Below are positions 1-12,812 of a stretch of DNA of 64,000 nt, piece after piece (the first letter of the stretch is position 1; each line of letters begins with the position of its first letter). Origin of the DNA: Octopus bimaculoides. Its lineage: Eukaryota. Where the stretch lies: NCBI RefSeq assembly GCF_001194135.2, contig NC_068999.1:53999947-54063946 (forward strand), given 5' to 3'. The translations under genes and the position numbers were made by a program. A model generated the notes under the pieces. That model was not told where the DNA came from, did no database searches, and saw nothing but the letters and a program-made list of their open reading frames with translations.

Positions 1-2444
1 AAAGAATGAACGTCACACAATCTCGTCCACCCGGCCACTTTCTCATAAGTTCTTTTGGATTTGCTTAGTTTTACGATCCCGTAATATTTTCTTTAATCCA
101 GTTTCTATGTCCGCAAAATAAGAAGCCGTTAGTTTCCCGCGGGACAATCACAGAAATTCAAATTACTGATATAAAATGTTCGTACTTCTTAGGCCACACC
201 AACGTCTACTTTTCCTTTCATCCCTTCGGGGCGAGAGATAAGGGACAGGGCTTAAATAGTACAAGTCATATATTGTGGTTGAATGAACTGACTCTATCTT
301 TTTTCCCTTTACACATCTCATTTTTCGAACTGTTTTATCTTCGTCTTGCCATTAGTTTTCGTAAAGTCAACGGTGCACTCAGCAGCTAGAAATAGCAACC
401 AAATCACACCGTCCCGTATTTTTTTTTTTTTTTTAAGAAAAAAAAAACATTGGATAATTTAGCCCTACATATATCTCATTTATATAAAGACAGGATGGTC
501 ACGACCAGAACGCTTTATATAATAGGCCTGCATCTTCAACAGTTGAGTATATGTATGTACTGCTTAAATAGATGGATTGAAACAACCGGTCTAACGATGT
601 CACCGTCGTCACCCATTATCCCCTTCTGTCAGTCACAACCGCTAATTATTGACGCCATCATCACAGTGACAACAGTTTAACCAACTTGTGCTCTCTGTCA
701 AAGCCTGCCTTGTTAAACAGACACATGTGTCTGATGTTTAATTTCTAACCGTCATACCAAACTTAAAAGTCTTTCTTAATATAGCAAACTCCCTTATGCA
801 AATACACACACACACACACACACACACACTTGCTTCTATTTTCCAGTTTTACGTTCCGAAACTTTTAAAACTTATTTCTGAATTTAGAAGTTTGTCTTTT
901 ATTCTTGTTGCTGTAGCTTTTACATCAATAATAACACAATAAAATTTTTAACAGAAGTATATATATATATATATATATATATATGGTGTTGACTACTGAC
1001 TTTAGAGCGAGTCGCGACGTACTCGCTGTCAGAAATAGCAGCAAAATCTCCCTCCAGTCTTGAAAAAAAAAAAAGAGCACGTTGAATATTGTGGGCTTGG
1101 GTTTTCTGAACGGAAAAGACCAGAGTCTCAGCTGAAATGACTTTTATCTGGGACTAAACAGTATCTTCCAACGATGGCAAAATATATTTACAAAAATACG
1201 TAGCTGAACTTTTTAACTTTTGAGTGACTAGTTTTAGTGTGTATAAAGAGTAGCTCTATATTATTGCTGAACTTATATACAATTGACTTCATATTTTTAC
1301 AGCAAAGTAAGTTGTTTTCATAAAGCTAATGCATTTAGTTTCCCCATATTACGGTTATATTCATATTGGAAAAATAATGAATTTTAGTCAACCTTGTGTA
1401 GATTTACTACACACTCCAAACACTCCCTCATGTTTACCGTTTCTCTTGTGCTATTTCTTCATATTATGATACATTTAATAAAAAAAACGCCTCCTGACAT
1501 CACATGAAACCAACAAGGAAGCATTAATATGGTTTTCCTCTCGCCTGCTAAGAAATAACGGCCAAATTCCCTCCAATCACAACCCCGACTCACTTTTTTG
1601 AAAAAAAATATGGTACATTAAACTAGTCATGGGCAAACTGCGGCCCGCGTCATTTTTTGAATGACATTCCTAACAGAAAAAATGCCTTCATTTTTTTTTT
1701 TCTTTCTTTTTTAATTCTACACCGTCCGTGACTACGTTTTTTCCCCGACAATCTGCAATCAAATACGACACTGTCCAGTATATATTTTAAAGACTGACTT
1801 AAAGGAGATTTGACTGCTATTTCTAGCGTTTCACGTGATTCATAAGTCGCAGTTCATCTAGATTGAGTTTCCTTTTTTTTTTTCTGCTAAAAAATATAAT
1901 GGTAACTTATTTCATGTACTGCAGTACATTATGTAATTATATATACGCACACACGTATACATACATTCAGATATAAACACACTATATACCATTATTTCGC
2001 AAGGTTTTCTTGAACATTTATTTTTAATTTCTCTCCCTACATTACAAAAACAAATAAAATTTAAATATTTCGAAGTTGTAAGAGAGTATGACAACTGCTA
2101 TGAAATAAAATGTGTGTGATTATAAACGAAGTGTGACTGTAGACTATGCCAGACATTCTTGAACGCGGAGACTGTTTATATATATAAAATCAGTTGAAGA
2201 CACGTTAGAGCTGCTGTTTATAGTGTCGACACCCTATACACAAATATCTGTGTCATAATTTATAAAATGCTTACATTTAAATAGACATAGTTAAAACGTG
2301 CAATATTTTCTTGAACTGATAGGTATATTCGTTGTCGACTTTTTTTTTTTTTTTAGTGCGGGTGTATAGAAATATGTATTAAATGCCATGGTACTTTTTG
2401 GTTATTTCATCCCCAATTAAAAAATTGACTTCACCACACTCCAG

Positions 2445-2650
2445 CATGCTGATATATTATTCTATGGGTTGGGCTCGCAGAATCAGCGAGTTGGAGAAAA
2501 TCGTTTGCAGTATTTCTCCCGGATCTTTATGTTCTCAGTTCAAATCCTGCAAAGGCCAACTTTGCTTTCGTCCTCTTGGGGTCGATAAATAAAGTACCAG
2601 TCAAATATTAATATTAAGATCGATATTGTCGACTAATCTTCTCCCCACCT
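2445..2650 (+). mobile_element. tRNA-derived SINE, family B (Meta/MESC-like core)
   Basis: Head ...gttcaaatcctgc... (B-box-like) followed by core cttt-cgtcctcttggggtcgataaataaagtaccagtc. The same core recurs many times in the window. Confidence 0.7.
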
Positions 2651-3479
2651 TTATGTCTGTTAGAAAAACTATTGCTTTTGGCGTTGCGTTACTGAAGATT
2701 AGGTCACTGTCGTGATTTGTGCCACATTTCTAGGAAATGACGTCATTTATTCTTTTCTATAGAAAGTGGTTATTCTTGATGGCTATCTCTGCTACTTTAG
2801 AGATTGGAAGTGAGTGCGATAGCGCAATAGTTGGCATGGTCAGAGGTTACCTTTCTTAGGAATGGAAACAGCGATTTCCAAAGATCAGAGTGAACCCCTG
2901 TACAAAGGGAAACATTGAAGAGTTTAGTGAGGGGTAATGGAAGAGACACAGTCAAGGCCAGTAGCCTTTTTGATGTGAAAGTGTGGAAATTTCCACACTT
3001 TATATGTGCATAAGCAAACTGGTGAGTTGGAGATTTGTCAAGTACATGAAAATGTGGATTTGTCTGTAAAGTGAGCAGTGGAGGCTTTCTAGGTGGTGGG
3101 AACTACTCACAGAACCATTGTGATATGGAGGAAAAGAAGATTCTGCAAAACTGGAGGAAATCCTTTCCTTTTGGCATATGACCAAAAGGATTGGCTGTAG
3201 TTTGGAAGGTGAGACAATTTCCAAACTACGATGTACGAAGTCATATTTCATGATTCAGATAACAGCCTCACAAAGGATAAATGCCACCCAGTTTTGAGAT
3301 ATGTGTGAGTTTTGCCAGATGCTGAAGACTTTGCTTTATGCCTGATCAGCTTCAGCACAACTATGTGTGAATCTCTTGGGACATTGGATTATTGCTGTAT
3401 GTAGGATGAATACTACAGTTATCTCTTCTGATGTATTTGCCTTAAGTATCATACGAAATGGCTTTTATAATCTAATACT

Positions 3480-3760
3480 ATTTCTGCTGCATATGACGGA
3501 TGGGCAGATTTTAATATGATGTCAGGAACCTCCCTAATGGAACATTTCCCAACGGATAGTTTGGATGAAAAAGAAGGGTTAAATACCCTCTGCTGTCACC
3601 ACATCTAATACTATTCGACTTCTTGTGGAGGGTACCTTAAAGTCATTCTCAAAGTCGCAAAATCAAAATCACTTCTTAAAGAATTAAAGATTACAATACA
3701 AGAGAATTGTCACGAAATTATGAGAAGCTTTAAGTGATATCTGAGACTTGTGCCTTGACA
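3480..3760 (+). mobile_element. Heavily decayed Tc1/mariner transposase fragment
   Basis: Frameshifted pieces DVRNLPNGTFP / LSPHLILFDFLW / LKELK.TIQENCHEI resemble the WPPRSPDLTPLDFFLWGYLK..V...LxELK region. Read by eye. Confidence 0.45.
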
Positions 3761-4279
3761 ATTCAAGGCAGGACAAGATCAGAGAGAATAGGAGACACGA
3801 GAAACAGATGGTCATTGAAGAGACACAGAATGTGATGTGTGACGAAAGAACTCTGGCAAATAATAATAATAATAACTGAAGACCAAATAGTGTGTTAATT
3901 GGCAAAATGACGGTAGCCAAATGTGTGTGTGTGTGTGTATAAGATTATATATTAGTTTAAACGGAATTTGTAACTATTTAATCAATAAATATTCAATATA
4001 TATATATATATATATTGATATGTTGAATATACTTAGCTTTCAGATAAATCACTTCTAATTAACACAGTGTGAAATATTTTCCTAGGACACATTCTCTGTG
4101 TATGTGTGGTGTGTGTATGATTTTTGTATACTTCTGTTTAAAAATGAGGGAATTTAAGGTAAATTACGCTATATAGTGAATGTATTTATTAAAACGATAA
4201 CTTTTACAAGACTAGTCTTGCAATATAATAGGACTCAAAACATGGACATGTATATATTTTTTATTAATGTTTCAGAAGC

Positions 4280-4362
4280 AACTCAAGAGCCGAGAGTTAC
4301 GTGCTTTAGAACTCCTTGCTAAGTGCTATCGCACGAAACTCTTCAGCCCTTGAGTCACTTTG
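4280..4362. repeat. Palindromic element with decayed hammerhead-like core (Penelope-like inverted junction), copy 1
   Basis: Arms 4280-4312 and 4322-4356 are imperfect reverse complements. Homologous to 21464-21572. Flanked by TA-rich microsatellite. Confidence 0.6.
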
Positions 4363-4892
4363 TTTCTTCTGCTATATATGTATATATATAGATATATATA
4401 TATATGTGTGTGAGAGAGAGAGAGATAATATATATAAAGGTGCTTTTACCATACAAGGCGTATTATATATGTGTCAATATATAATATAAAGCAGACGACG
4501 CTATGTTTATGTTACATTAAAAAGAAAGTCTACATTCACAAGCACATTGCATACATAACCAGCTGACAAACCGCAGTGACGTGTAATTTAAAAAACAGAC
4601 GTTAAAGATGAGACGTTGCTTAAGAAAGATATTTTATTTGTTGGTAGCCTTCACAGCTTAGTCATGTGGAGATAGTTCTGGGATATAACCAACTCTTAGA
4701 GTAGTTTTCATTGTTCTCTACATTTTCCCACATTTGACCAAGACACATTTTACAGTAGAACTGTAGGTCATATTGTGACACAATAATCAACATTAGTCAC
4801 ATTTTCTTGGTTCATTTGGTCATTATTATTATTAGTGGAGACCAGCCTGTTTTATATTTGGTCACTTGCCACACAGGAGATCAGTGTACTGC

Positions 4893-4930
<38 letters not shown>

Positions 4931-5005
4931 NNNNNNNNNNATTATTAGTGGAGACCAGCCTGTTTTATATTTGGTCACTTGCCACACAGGAGATCAGTGT
5001 ACTGC

Positions 5006-5057
<52 letters not shown>

Positions 5058-5724
5058 AACATTACTTTCTAACAGACCCAGGCTAAGAGACAGGAGAATT
5101 GAAATATTGCTATTATCTTAATACAGGGGCGTTAATATTTTGGCGGCATTTTTTTGAAAATAACTATTCCTCGAGTCTCCAACTTTTCTTGGAATAGGGG
5201 GAAAGGGGAATTTTTTCCCCTTTATTTTTACTTTTGCATTCTTACGGAAATAACGATTCTGAAAAAAAATGTTTTAAATAATTTTTTGTTTCTTACTTCC
5301 ATACCGTTTCCTTTCCCACAAGGCACGGGACTTCGAGCCACAGCTATTCCTAAATTCCGCCCATATTTTTATTACTATTATTTTAGTCGGTGCTTTATTG
5401 TTTTGTATATAACACAAAATTAGTTTCTAATGTGTCTAGTCAGCATAAACTTTTGATTCTCATTCTGTCAGAGTATTTCTCTTTTTTTCTCTCAATTTAT
5501 AGCCTTGTCTACGCAAGAAAACCCCACCAGAATTTATTTGCTGTCCCCAGTGTTAAAAATATTTTTTAAAAATCTCATTAAATATCACTGAAATTGACTT
5601 TGTCTTCCATAGTTTCATAATTGATTCACCACCAGCACCTGAGGTCCATAAACTATGGGCATCAGAAATAAAATCCTGTGACATTCATATATTTTCCAAC
5701 CTTAGCCCAGTAGAACACCTAACA

Positions 5725-5885
5725 GTAATATTGGTTTCAAAATTTGGCACAAGACCAGGAATTTCTGGTATGCTCAACTGGTATTTATTTTATCCACCCC
5801 CGAAAGGATGAAAGACAAAGTCGACCCCGGCAGCATTTGAACTCAGAACGTAAAGATAGACGAAATGCTGCCAGGCCTTATCTAA
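5725..5885 (-). mobile_element. SINE family B copy
   Basis: Reverse complement of the family B core (ccccgaaaggatgaaagacaaagtcgacc...atttgaactcagaacg). Other copies near 9810-10010(-), 17176-17410(+), 39870-40070(+), 40455-40610(+), 56260-56430(+), 60570-61010(+), 63140-63720(-). Confidence 0.8.
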
Positions 5886-5897
5886 CAGTAATATCAT

Positions 5898-5977
5898 CGA
5901 GGTAAAGAATACGCGCACCACCCGTTTTCGGCATAACCCTAACCCTAAACTCCGGGTGTGCGTATTCTTTACCTTCG
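5898..5977. repeat. Short inverted-repeat element with internal (TAACCC) repeats
   Basis: aggtaaagaatacgcgcacc (5900-5919) vs ggtgtgcgtattctttacct (5955-5974), 19/20 complementary. The spacer contains taaccctaaccctaa. Confidence 0.8.
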
Positions 5978-7393
5978 CCTTTATCTCAATTACATTCAAA
6001 GCCGTGATAGCCTTGACCGTTTCCCTAGTCTACATTATGGAATGAATCCAGGTTAAAAAGTCACGGTAATAAAGTAACAGGGGTTTTGTCCGGATCCCAT
6101 AAATTAATTGTGACTTTATTACCGATCACCTATGGGATGTATCTTTTCCATATTTAAGTTGGTAGTGTGTGATTCTGAAGTTTGACTGCTATTTGTAGGA
6201 AATCGATTGATCACGAGACTTTTTATATACTCGGGTCGACTCAGTAGATTACAAATTTGTGGTGTTTTGCCAATGTAAGAAATCTCTCGTCTTCTTTCCA
6301 CCTTCACTATGTCCGAACTTATCTAAATTTCCAAACTTTTTCTGGTTCTTCACACCCCGCCCCGTCAACCCTGGTTGAGCAGACATAGGTAGGGTTAGAG
6401 GCATTCCATTACAACCGTGATCATCCTGTCTCTTTTTTTTTCTACACAATAAATGTCTTTAAGCAGAGGCAATTGACGTGTGGGAGTTTGGGCTGCTATT
6501 TCTAGTAGGGTTTGCCACCACGTAATAATGGTAGTGTTGATTACACTGTCGTTAAAATGTTATTTTGAATAGAAAGAAATGTTTTGTTTTGTTTTTTATT
6601 GAAAACGGATATTGTTTGTATATAAATATATTTGTATATACACAGTCGAATACGGAAACTGATTATATATGTAAAATGGTTGGTTGATAAGTTCAATGTT
6701 GCTTGTCCTGTGAATAAATTTTCACTACTAACATTTGTATTTCCCGCTTAAAACAGTTGAGTGCAACGGGCAAATCTCCAGTACCAAATCCCCTCCAAAT
6801 TATCCTAACTACTTAAAATAAGAAAGACAACATTAGTCTACTGGAATGCTTCGCTGCTCGTGCAGGACCGACCTGTGGCTAAACAACTATCTTGACGGTT
6901 ACTACTATCATCTCCACCTCCACCACAATGAATTAATCTCACATTAGCTTTAGCTCCACCACCACCACACTCACTATCATGATACCAACTTTCACCTTAT
7001 CTTTGGCCGTTACAAGATATATAAAAGTCCTTTGTTCTCTTCAAACCTGGCGCCAATTTTCAAACGCCCTCTTTACAACTGAATCTATTATTTTACTGTT
7101 CTATTTATCAAAAAATATCTTCTTCTCAAGTAACCTTGTAAATTATGTCATACAAATATTTTCCCAAATCTCAAATAGCTTCAAAATATTTTGAACTTTT
7201 TTTTAATGTCATGTTATAAACCTGGATAAATAAACACGAACAAATTAAAAAAGACTTATTTAACTTTAAATATGCTTGTTGCGTGTTGTTACTATATTTG
7301 TTATGTACAAAATATAATTTACTTCATGTTAGGATAATACTTGGTATGTGTACGTGCAGGAAAGTGCCTTTAAATGATAATATTTTTAAATAG

Positions 7394-7780
7394 TTTACTC
7401 TTTTACTTGTTTCAGTCTTTTAACTGCGGCCATGCTGGAGCACCGCCTTTAGTCGAGCAAATCGACCCCAGGACTTATTCTTTAGAAGCCTAGTACTTAT
7501 TCTATCGGTCTCTTTTGCCGAACCGCAAAGTTACGGGGACATAAACACACCAGCATCGGTTGTCAAGCGATGTTGGGGGGACAAACACAGACACACAAAC
7601 ACATACATACATACATATATATATATATACGACGGGCTTCTTTCAGTTTCCGTCTACCAAATCCACTCACAAGGCTTTGGTCGGCCCGAGGCTATAGTAG
7701 AAGACACTTGCCCAAGATGCCACGCAGAGGGACTGAACCCGGGACCATGTGGTTGGTAAGCAAGCTACTTACCACATAAA
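7394..7780 (-). mobile_element. tRNA-derived SINE family A (CORE-like, octopus OR/OK-type), near full length, CpGs retained
   Basis: Minus strand: tRNA-like head with B box (ggttcagtccc), CORE-like ccttgggcaagtgtcttc, internal microsatellite, tail ...gactgaaacaagtaaaagagtaaa. Confidence 0.85.
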
Positions 7781-9421
7781 CCTATAATTTCCAGTAATAT
7801 ATATATATATGTGTGTGTATAATTTTTTCAAGTGTAATTTCAACTATGTTCTTTCTGTTCAGTGGTTCGGTTTAGACAAATATTTAGCTTTTAATGACTT
7901 GAATAAATAAATATATGCTCCAGCATGGCCAGTCTCTGGCTGAAACCGACAACAGAATATATGTACAACTAGCTCAATGACACTTATGCTTTGCAACCAC
8001 GTGGTCTGCATTCCATTCCGTGACGCGTGCACTTTAAGCATGTGTTTTTAAATTATGTCGAAGGCCGCCGTATTTCCTCTCGTAAGTCTTGTAACTTAGC
8101 GGTTTGACAAATAAATTGCGATAATTGAGGCGATGCTACAACATAACCACAGTCTAGTGACTAAAATCAATAAAAGAATATACTTTCATTGATTGATTGC
8201 GTGTGTGTATATATAGGGATCCGGACAAAAGCCCCATAATTAAAGTGTGAAAGTAGACAAAAGCCCCTATGACTAAAAAAAACTTTTAGCCATTATCATC
8301 CTTTTGTTTGGTGCAGTTAGATTAGGCTTCTATCTCTAACCGGTTGAATGATCGCAAAGAGGACCCTAATTGTGTTATTTCTAATTATACTGGCATCTAT
8401 ATACATATATGATGCAGAATAAAAATGACACAAAATAAAAAGTAATTTAGCTAATTCAGTTCATTATGAATCAATCTCAATAGGTGTTGTTTCATTATTT
8501 CCTATTTTCATATTTACCACCTCCCCAAAACAAAACACTCAGTTTTATTCCACAAGTGTTCTTTAATATTACTGCTCTTTTAATACCCCCAACGCATTAA
8601 TATTAATAGTCGGGTTGTTTTCGCTTCACATAACTAATGCCTCCAAGAAAAACTTGCCCATTACAACTTCACTTCGGCGATCATTGAGTTTAAAAATATA
8701 AAACTTCACTGGCTGTTGTTCATCAGTAGTTATGATAAAAAGTGAAAGTGATACTTTAAATTCGCCTCTCTTAAATATAGTTAACACAAAGTTAATTCTT
8801 TACCAACCATATAGGGAAAAGGATGGTAGAACACCGAACTAAGTGCTTCACATCGAATGTAATCTCATTCTAAGATCTAATCCTGTCTATTTTAATTTTG
8901 TGTCTTTGGCATCAGTTAAAAATCAAGTACAATTTTATACTATTAGAATCATCAATTTGATTCACTATACTTATTGCGAATGCACAAAGGCGTGTGAGAC
9001 ATTTGTACCACACATTCTTGCAAAAGCATGATTGTCACAACATACCCATTGCATTCTTTCTACCAAGATGTAAAGATAGCTGGTCGTTATAGCCAAGTCC
9101 TTTTTTGAAAAACTTTATGATTGTCAAGGGATTGCGTGTGTGTTGGCAGTGTTGTTTAGCTCTCAGTTACTACCTTCAACGTGCGGGACGGTCTGCACCC
9201 CCTTCTTCTTTCTCTACTCTCATTCTCTCTGCCTTATTCCCATTTCAAAATTGATATATAATCCACCGCCAACAATAACCGTTTTTTATACCGCCAACAT
9301 CCAGCACTGTTCCTACTACACGCACCATAGTTGTTTAAAATCGTATACATAGCTACATGTATAATAATATATAAACATACTAGTCGACTATAAGTACAAC
9401 CTTGATTATGGCCGTTTTATT

Positions 9422-9493
<72 letters not shown>

Positions 9494-10413
9494 CGTGTGC
9501 GTATGTTTTATCTTCTACTTGTTTCAGTTATTGAACTGCGGCTATACTGGAGCACAACCTTGAAACGTTTTAGTCGAACATATCTATTCCAGTACTTTTT
9601 TAAAAAATCTAAGTCTACTACTTATTCTATCAGTCTCTTTTTGCCGAACTGCTTACAGGGACGTAAACTAACCAACACCGGCTGTCAAGCGGTAGTGGGA
9701 CACACACATATACAGAGTCTTTTATATCCGTTTCAAATTTTGGCACAAGACCAGCAGTTTCGGGAGACGTGCTGACGACTCTGCAAGCTCACTACCTTAA
9801 TGTCCCTTTATATTGGTTTCAAATTTTGGCACAAGGGCAGCAGTTTGGACGATTACCTCGACCCCAGTGTTGAACTGGCACGTATTTTATCGACCACGAA
9901 AGGATGAAAAGCAAAGTCGACCTCGGCGGAATTTGAACTCAAAACGTACAGACGGACGAAATGCCGCTAAGCTTTGTGCCCGGCATGCTAAGTGTTCTGC
10001 CAGCTCGCCGCCCTGAAGAGCCTTTATACTGAAACTGAGTTTATCTCGGAAATCAAATCTAGGGACAAACTTGGTTTCAATAATAAAAAAAAATCCTACA
10101 TATACCAGGTAGTGCTATTAAGTTAGACATACTGACCGAAACCTATNNNNNNNNNNNNNNNNNNNNNNNNNNNNNNNNNNNNNNNNNNNNNNNNNNNNNN
10201 NNNNNNNNNNNNNNNNNNNNNNNNNNNNNNNNNNNNNNNNNNNNNNNNNNNNNNNNNNNNNNNNNNNNNNNNNNNNNNNNNNNNNNNNNNNNNNNNNNNN
10301 NNNNNNNNNNNNNNNNNNNNNNNNNNNNNNNNNNNNNNNNNNNNNNNNNNNNNNNNNNNNNNNNNNNNNNNNNNNNNNNNNNNNNNNNNNNNNNNNNNNN
10401 NNNNNNNNNNNNN

Positions 10414-10608
10414 CCAAAAGTAGGCTTACAGTTATAACGTAGGCACTTTAAATTTCTATCTTACAAACTGAAAAGGAGCTCGATAAAATTAGCTAAATTA
10501 GCATAGAATAATGGTTTCATATTTTTTTATAATTAAGATCTAAACTGTTAATATATGAATGCGAAAGAGATAGCTGAATAATTGTAAACCTACTTTTGGG
10601 CCACCCTG
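10414..10608. mobile_element. Mariner-type MITE, about 200 bp, left end lost in the assembly gap
   Basis: ccaaaagtaggcttaca (10414-10430) vs tgtaaacctacttttgg (10583-10599), 16/17 inverted match. Right end ...gccaccctg followed by TA. Confidence 0.75.
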
Positions 10609-10636
10609 TATATATATACGTGTGTGTGTGTGTGCC

Positions 10637-10679
<43 letters not shown>

Positions 10680-10804
10680 CGACGGACCTCCATACACAAA
10701 ACATTGGTCAATTTGTCTGTATAGAAAACTATTACCCAAGGTACTGTTCAGTAGAACTGAAGCTGAAACCAGGTTGTTAAGCAAGCTTCTTAATCGCACA
10801 ACCA

Positions 10805-11140
10805 TGACTGCACGTATCTTGCGTGCAGTTCTTCACAAATAATGGAAACAACGTCCAACGAAAGAAGAGCTTTGGAAACAAACCCAACATATCAAGCATT
10901 TGAGAGGAGAGGACAAGATATTCTGATCACTGCAGTTGAAGCAAAGATGAATCAGTGAGCTCCTATTGTGGATCTCGAGCCATGAGAATTCTCGTGTCAG
11001 ACGACACAGTAACGTACTGAGCATTGATTAACTCTCCCGTGATGTAGAGTTACAAATTGAAAACCTCGAAAATGTCATGGAAGACAGGACTGCTTGGAGA
11101 AAACAAAGTGGTTTTAGTTTGGGCATCACGTTCGAAACGA
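10805..11140 (+). mobile_element. RTE-clade LINE ORF2 C-terminal remnant
   Basis: Reads ARILRAVLHK*WKQRPTKEEL...ELLLW...ENVMEDRTAWRK, matching the RTE C-terminal pattern RMLRAVLN.SW..HPT.EELY...DLLLW...MEDR..WR. Confidence 0.7.
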
Positions 11141-11404
11141 TATATATCGACTAAACATTAACCGCGCCAATCTCACCCAATGAGAAGACTACAAAAATCA
11201 CGAGCTCTGCTATTATCCCTCTGACTAAATTATAAAAGAGAAAAAGAAAAGACTAAAATACATACAGCTTCAACAACAACGGCAACAGATATTGTTTTGC
11301 AAGATGTACGTAATTGCCACAGAGGGTGACATTCATTCAGCTACACAATTAAGAAGGCCAAGAAACTATTATTTCTCTTAGCTTAATTTGTTTATTATGC
11401 AAAT

Positions 11405-11720
11405 TAATCTACCCTTATATTTTACTTGTTTCAGTCATTGGACTACGACCATGCAGCAGCACCGCCTCGAAGGATTTAGTCAAATAAATCTACTCCAGTA
11501 CTTATTTTTAAGTCTTATATTTATTCTATCGGTTACTTATACCAAACTGCTAAGTCACAGGGGCGTAAACAAACCAGCCAGTTGTCAAGCAGAGTCAAGG
11601 ACAAACGGAAAGATGCACACATATATATACGACGATCTTCTTCACAGTTTCCCTCTACCAAATTCACTTACAAAGCATTGGTTGGCCCGGGGCTGTTGTA
11701 GAAGACACTTGTCTAACGTA
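11405..11720 (-). mobile_element. SINE family A copy
   Basis: Same tail and CORE-like segments as 7394-7780. Further copies at about 9505-9720(-), 12080-12235(+), 15630-15830(-), 16280-16470(-), 21740-22150(-), 29850-29990(-), 32215-32625(-), 46000-46070(-), 46210-46630(+), 46685-46830(-), 57730-57880(-). Confidence 0.8.
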
Positions 11721-12232
11721 TCGTGCAGAGTCAGAAATGTTTTCAACTTTTATTGTATGATGTCTAAATCTCAAGTCTTCTGAGATCAAGGTAGGACAAC
11801 TGCTGTGCTGATAACGTCATCTAGAGCAGAAACATGTACATAGCTGTCCTCTTGTTTCTAGACAGTCTTTTCCTTAACGACATGTCAGTTTCAGAGAAAT
11901 TTTTATTTCGAGATTGTCTCATCATCTGATTTGAAGTTGGTTACCAATTACCACAAGGCATTGTTCATTCTTTTCAAGGGTTAGGTAATTCTAATAAATC
12001 AAGAATTTATCTTGTATCGTGTTTAAGATACCTTTATTCCCCCCTCTCTCTCCATTGTATGTATGATGCATGTAGAGGGGCAGGTATGGCTGTGTGGTTA
12101 AGTTTGCTTTCCAACCACATGCTTTCGGTTTCAGTCCCACGGCATGGGGGCCTTGGGCAAGTGTCTTCTATTATAACTCCGGATCGACTAAAGCCTTGTG
12201 AGTGGATTTGGTAGGTGGAAATTGAAATGAGG

Positions 12233-12236
<4 letters not shown>

Positions 12237-12310
<74 letters not shown>
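12237..12310. repeat. (TG)n microsatellite, representative of dozens of (TG/CA)n, (TA)n, (GAT)n and (TAC)n tracts
   Basis: Directly visible. Other long examples at 9436-9490, 12751-12810, 18465-18545, 41690-41790. Confidence 0.99.
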
Positions 12311-12311
<1 letters not shown>

Positions 12312-12379
12312 TTTGTCTTGACGTCGCGTTATTGCTTTAAACGAATGTTCTGCGGAAATATATATGGCGATTGAGAGTT

Positions 12380-12512
12380 ATCAACTTGCTTGAAAACGGG
12401 TAAAGGTTGGCGACAAGAAGGGCATCCTGTCACAGAAAATCTGCCTCTATGAACTCCTTCCGACCCATGCAAACATGGAAAAGTGGACGTTAAAATGATG
12501 ATGTTGATGATG
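12380..12512 (+). mobile_element. RTE-LINE-type 3' tail (family C) ending in (GAT)n
   Basis: gaagggcatcc...catgcaaacatggaaaagtggacgttaaaatgatgatg. Same tail at about 35540-35730, 40280-40460, 57560-57720, 58940-59160, 61150-61270 and 63727-64000(-). Confidence 0.75.
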
Positions 12513-12747
12513 TGTGTGTTGCTTAACACTAGATCCACCTTCATTGGATGAACTTATGATCAAACGTGTTCCAGTTATGACCACTTAGGCATCATGTTTC
12601 TAATATATTTTCCAATGTAGAGATCAGATACTTATTTTTAATCAGTGGGACGTGATTTATGAGAAATCTCACTGCTATTTCTAACAGGTGGGACGACCAG
12701 GTATAAAGTAGCCTTCTTTATTTATATAATACATGCATATGAGAGTG

Positions 12748-12812
<65 letters not shown>

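Noticed and set aside
4828-5040. About 80-bp direct duplication (attattagtggagaccagcc...ctgctagtttatata)
   Set aside because: The two copies flank a 10-N gap and end in (TA)n. Most likely unmerged overlapping contig ends.
5934-5948. Interstitial telomere
   Set aside because: Only about 2.5 units and enclosed in an inverted-repeat element. Treated as part of that element.
12528-12538. actagatccac, an 11-nt match to recalled miR-279
   Set aside because: The rest of the mature sequence does not match and I see no precursor hairpin.
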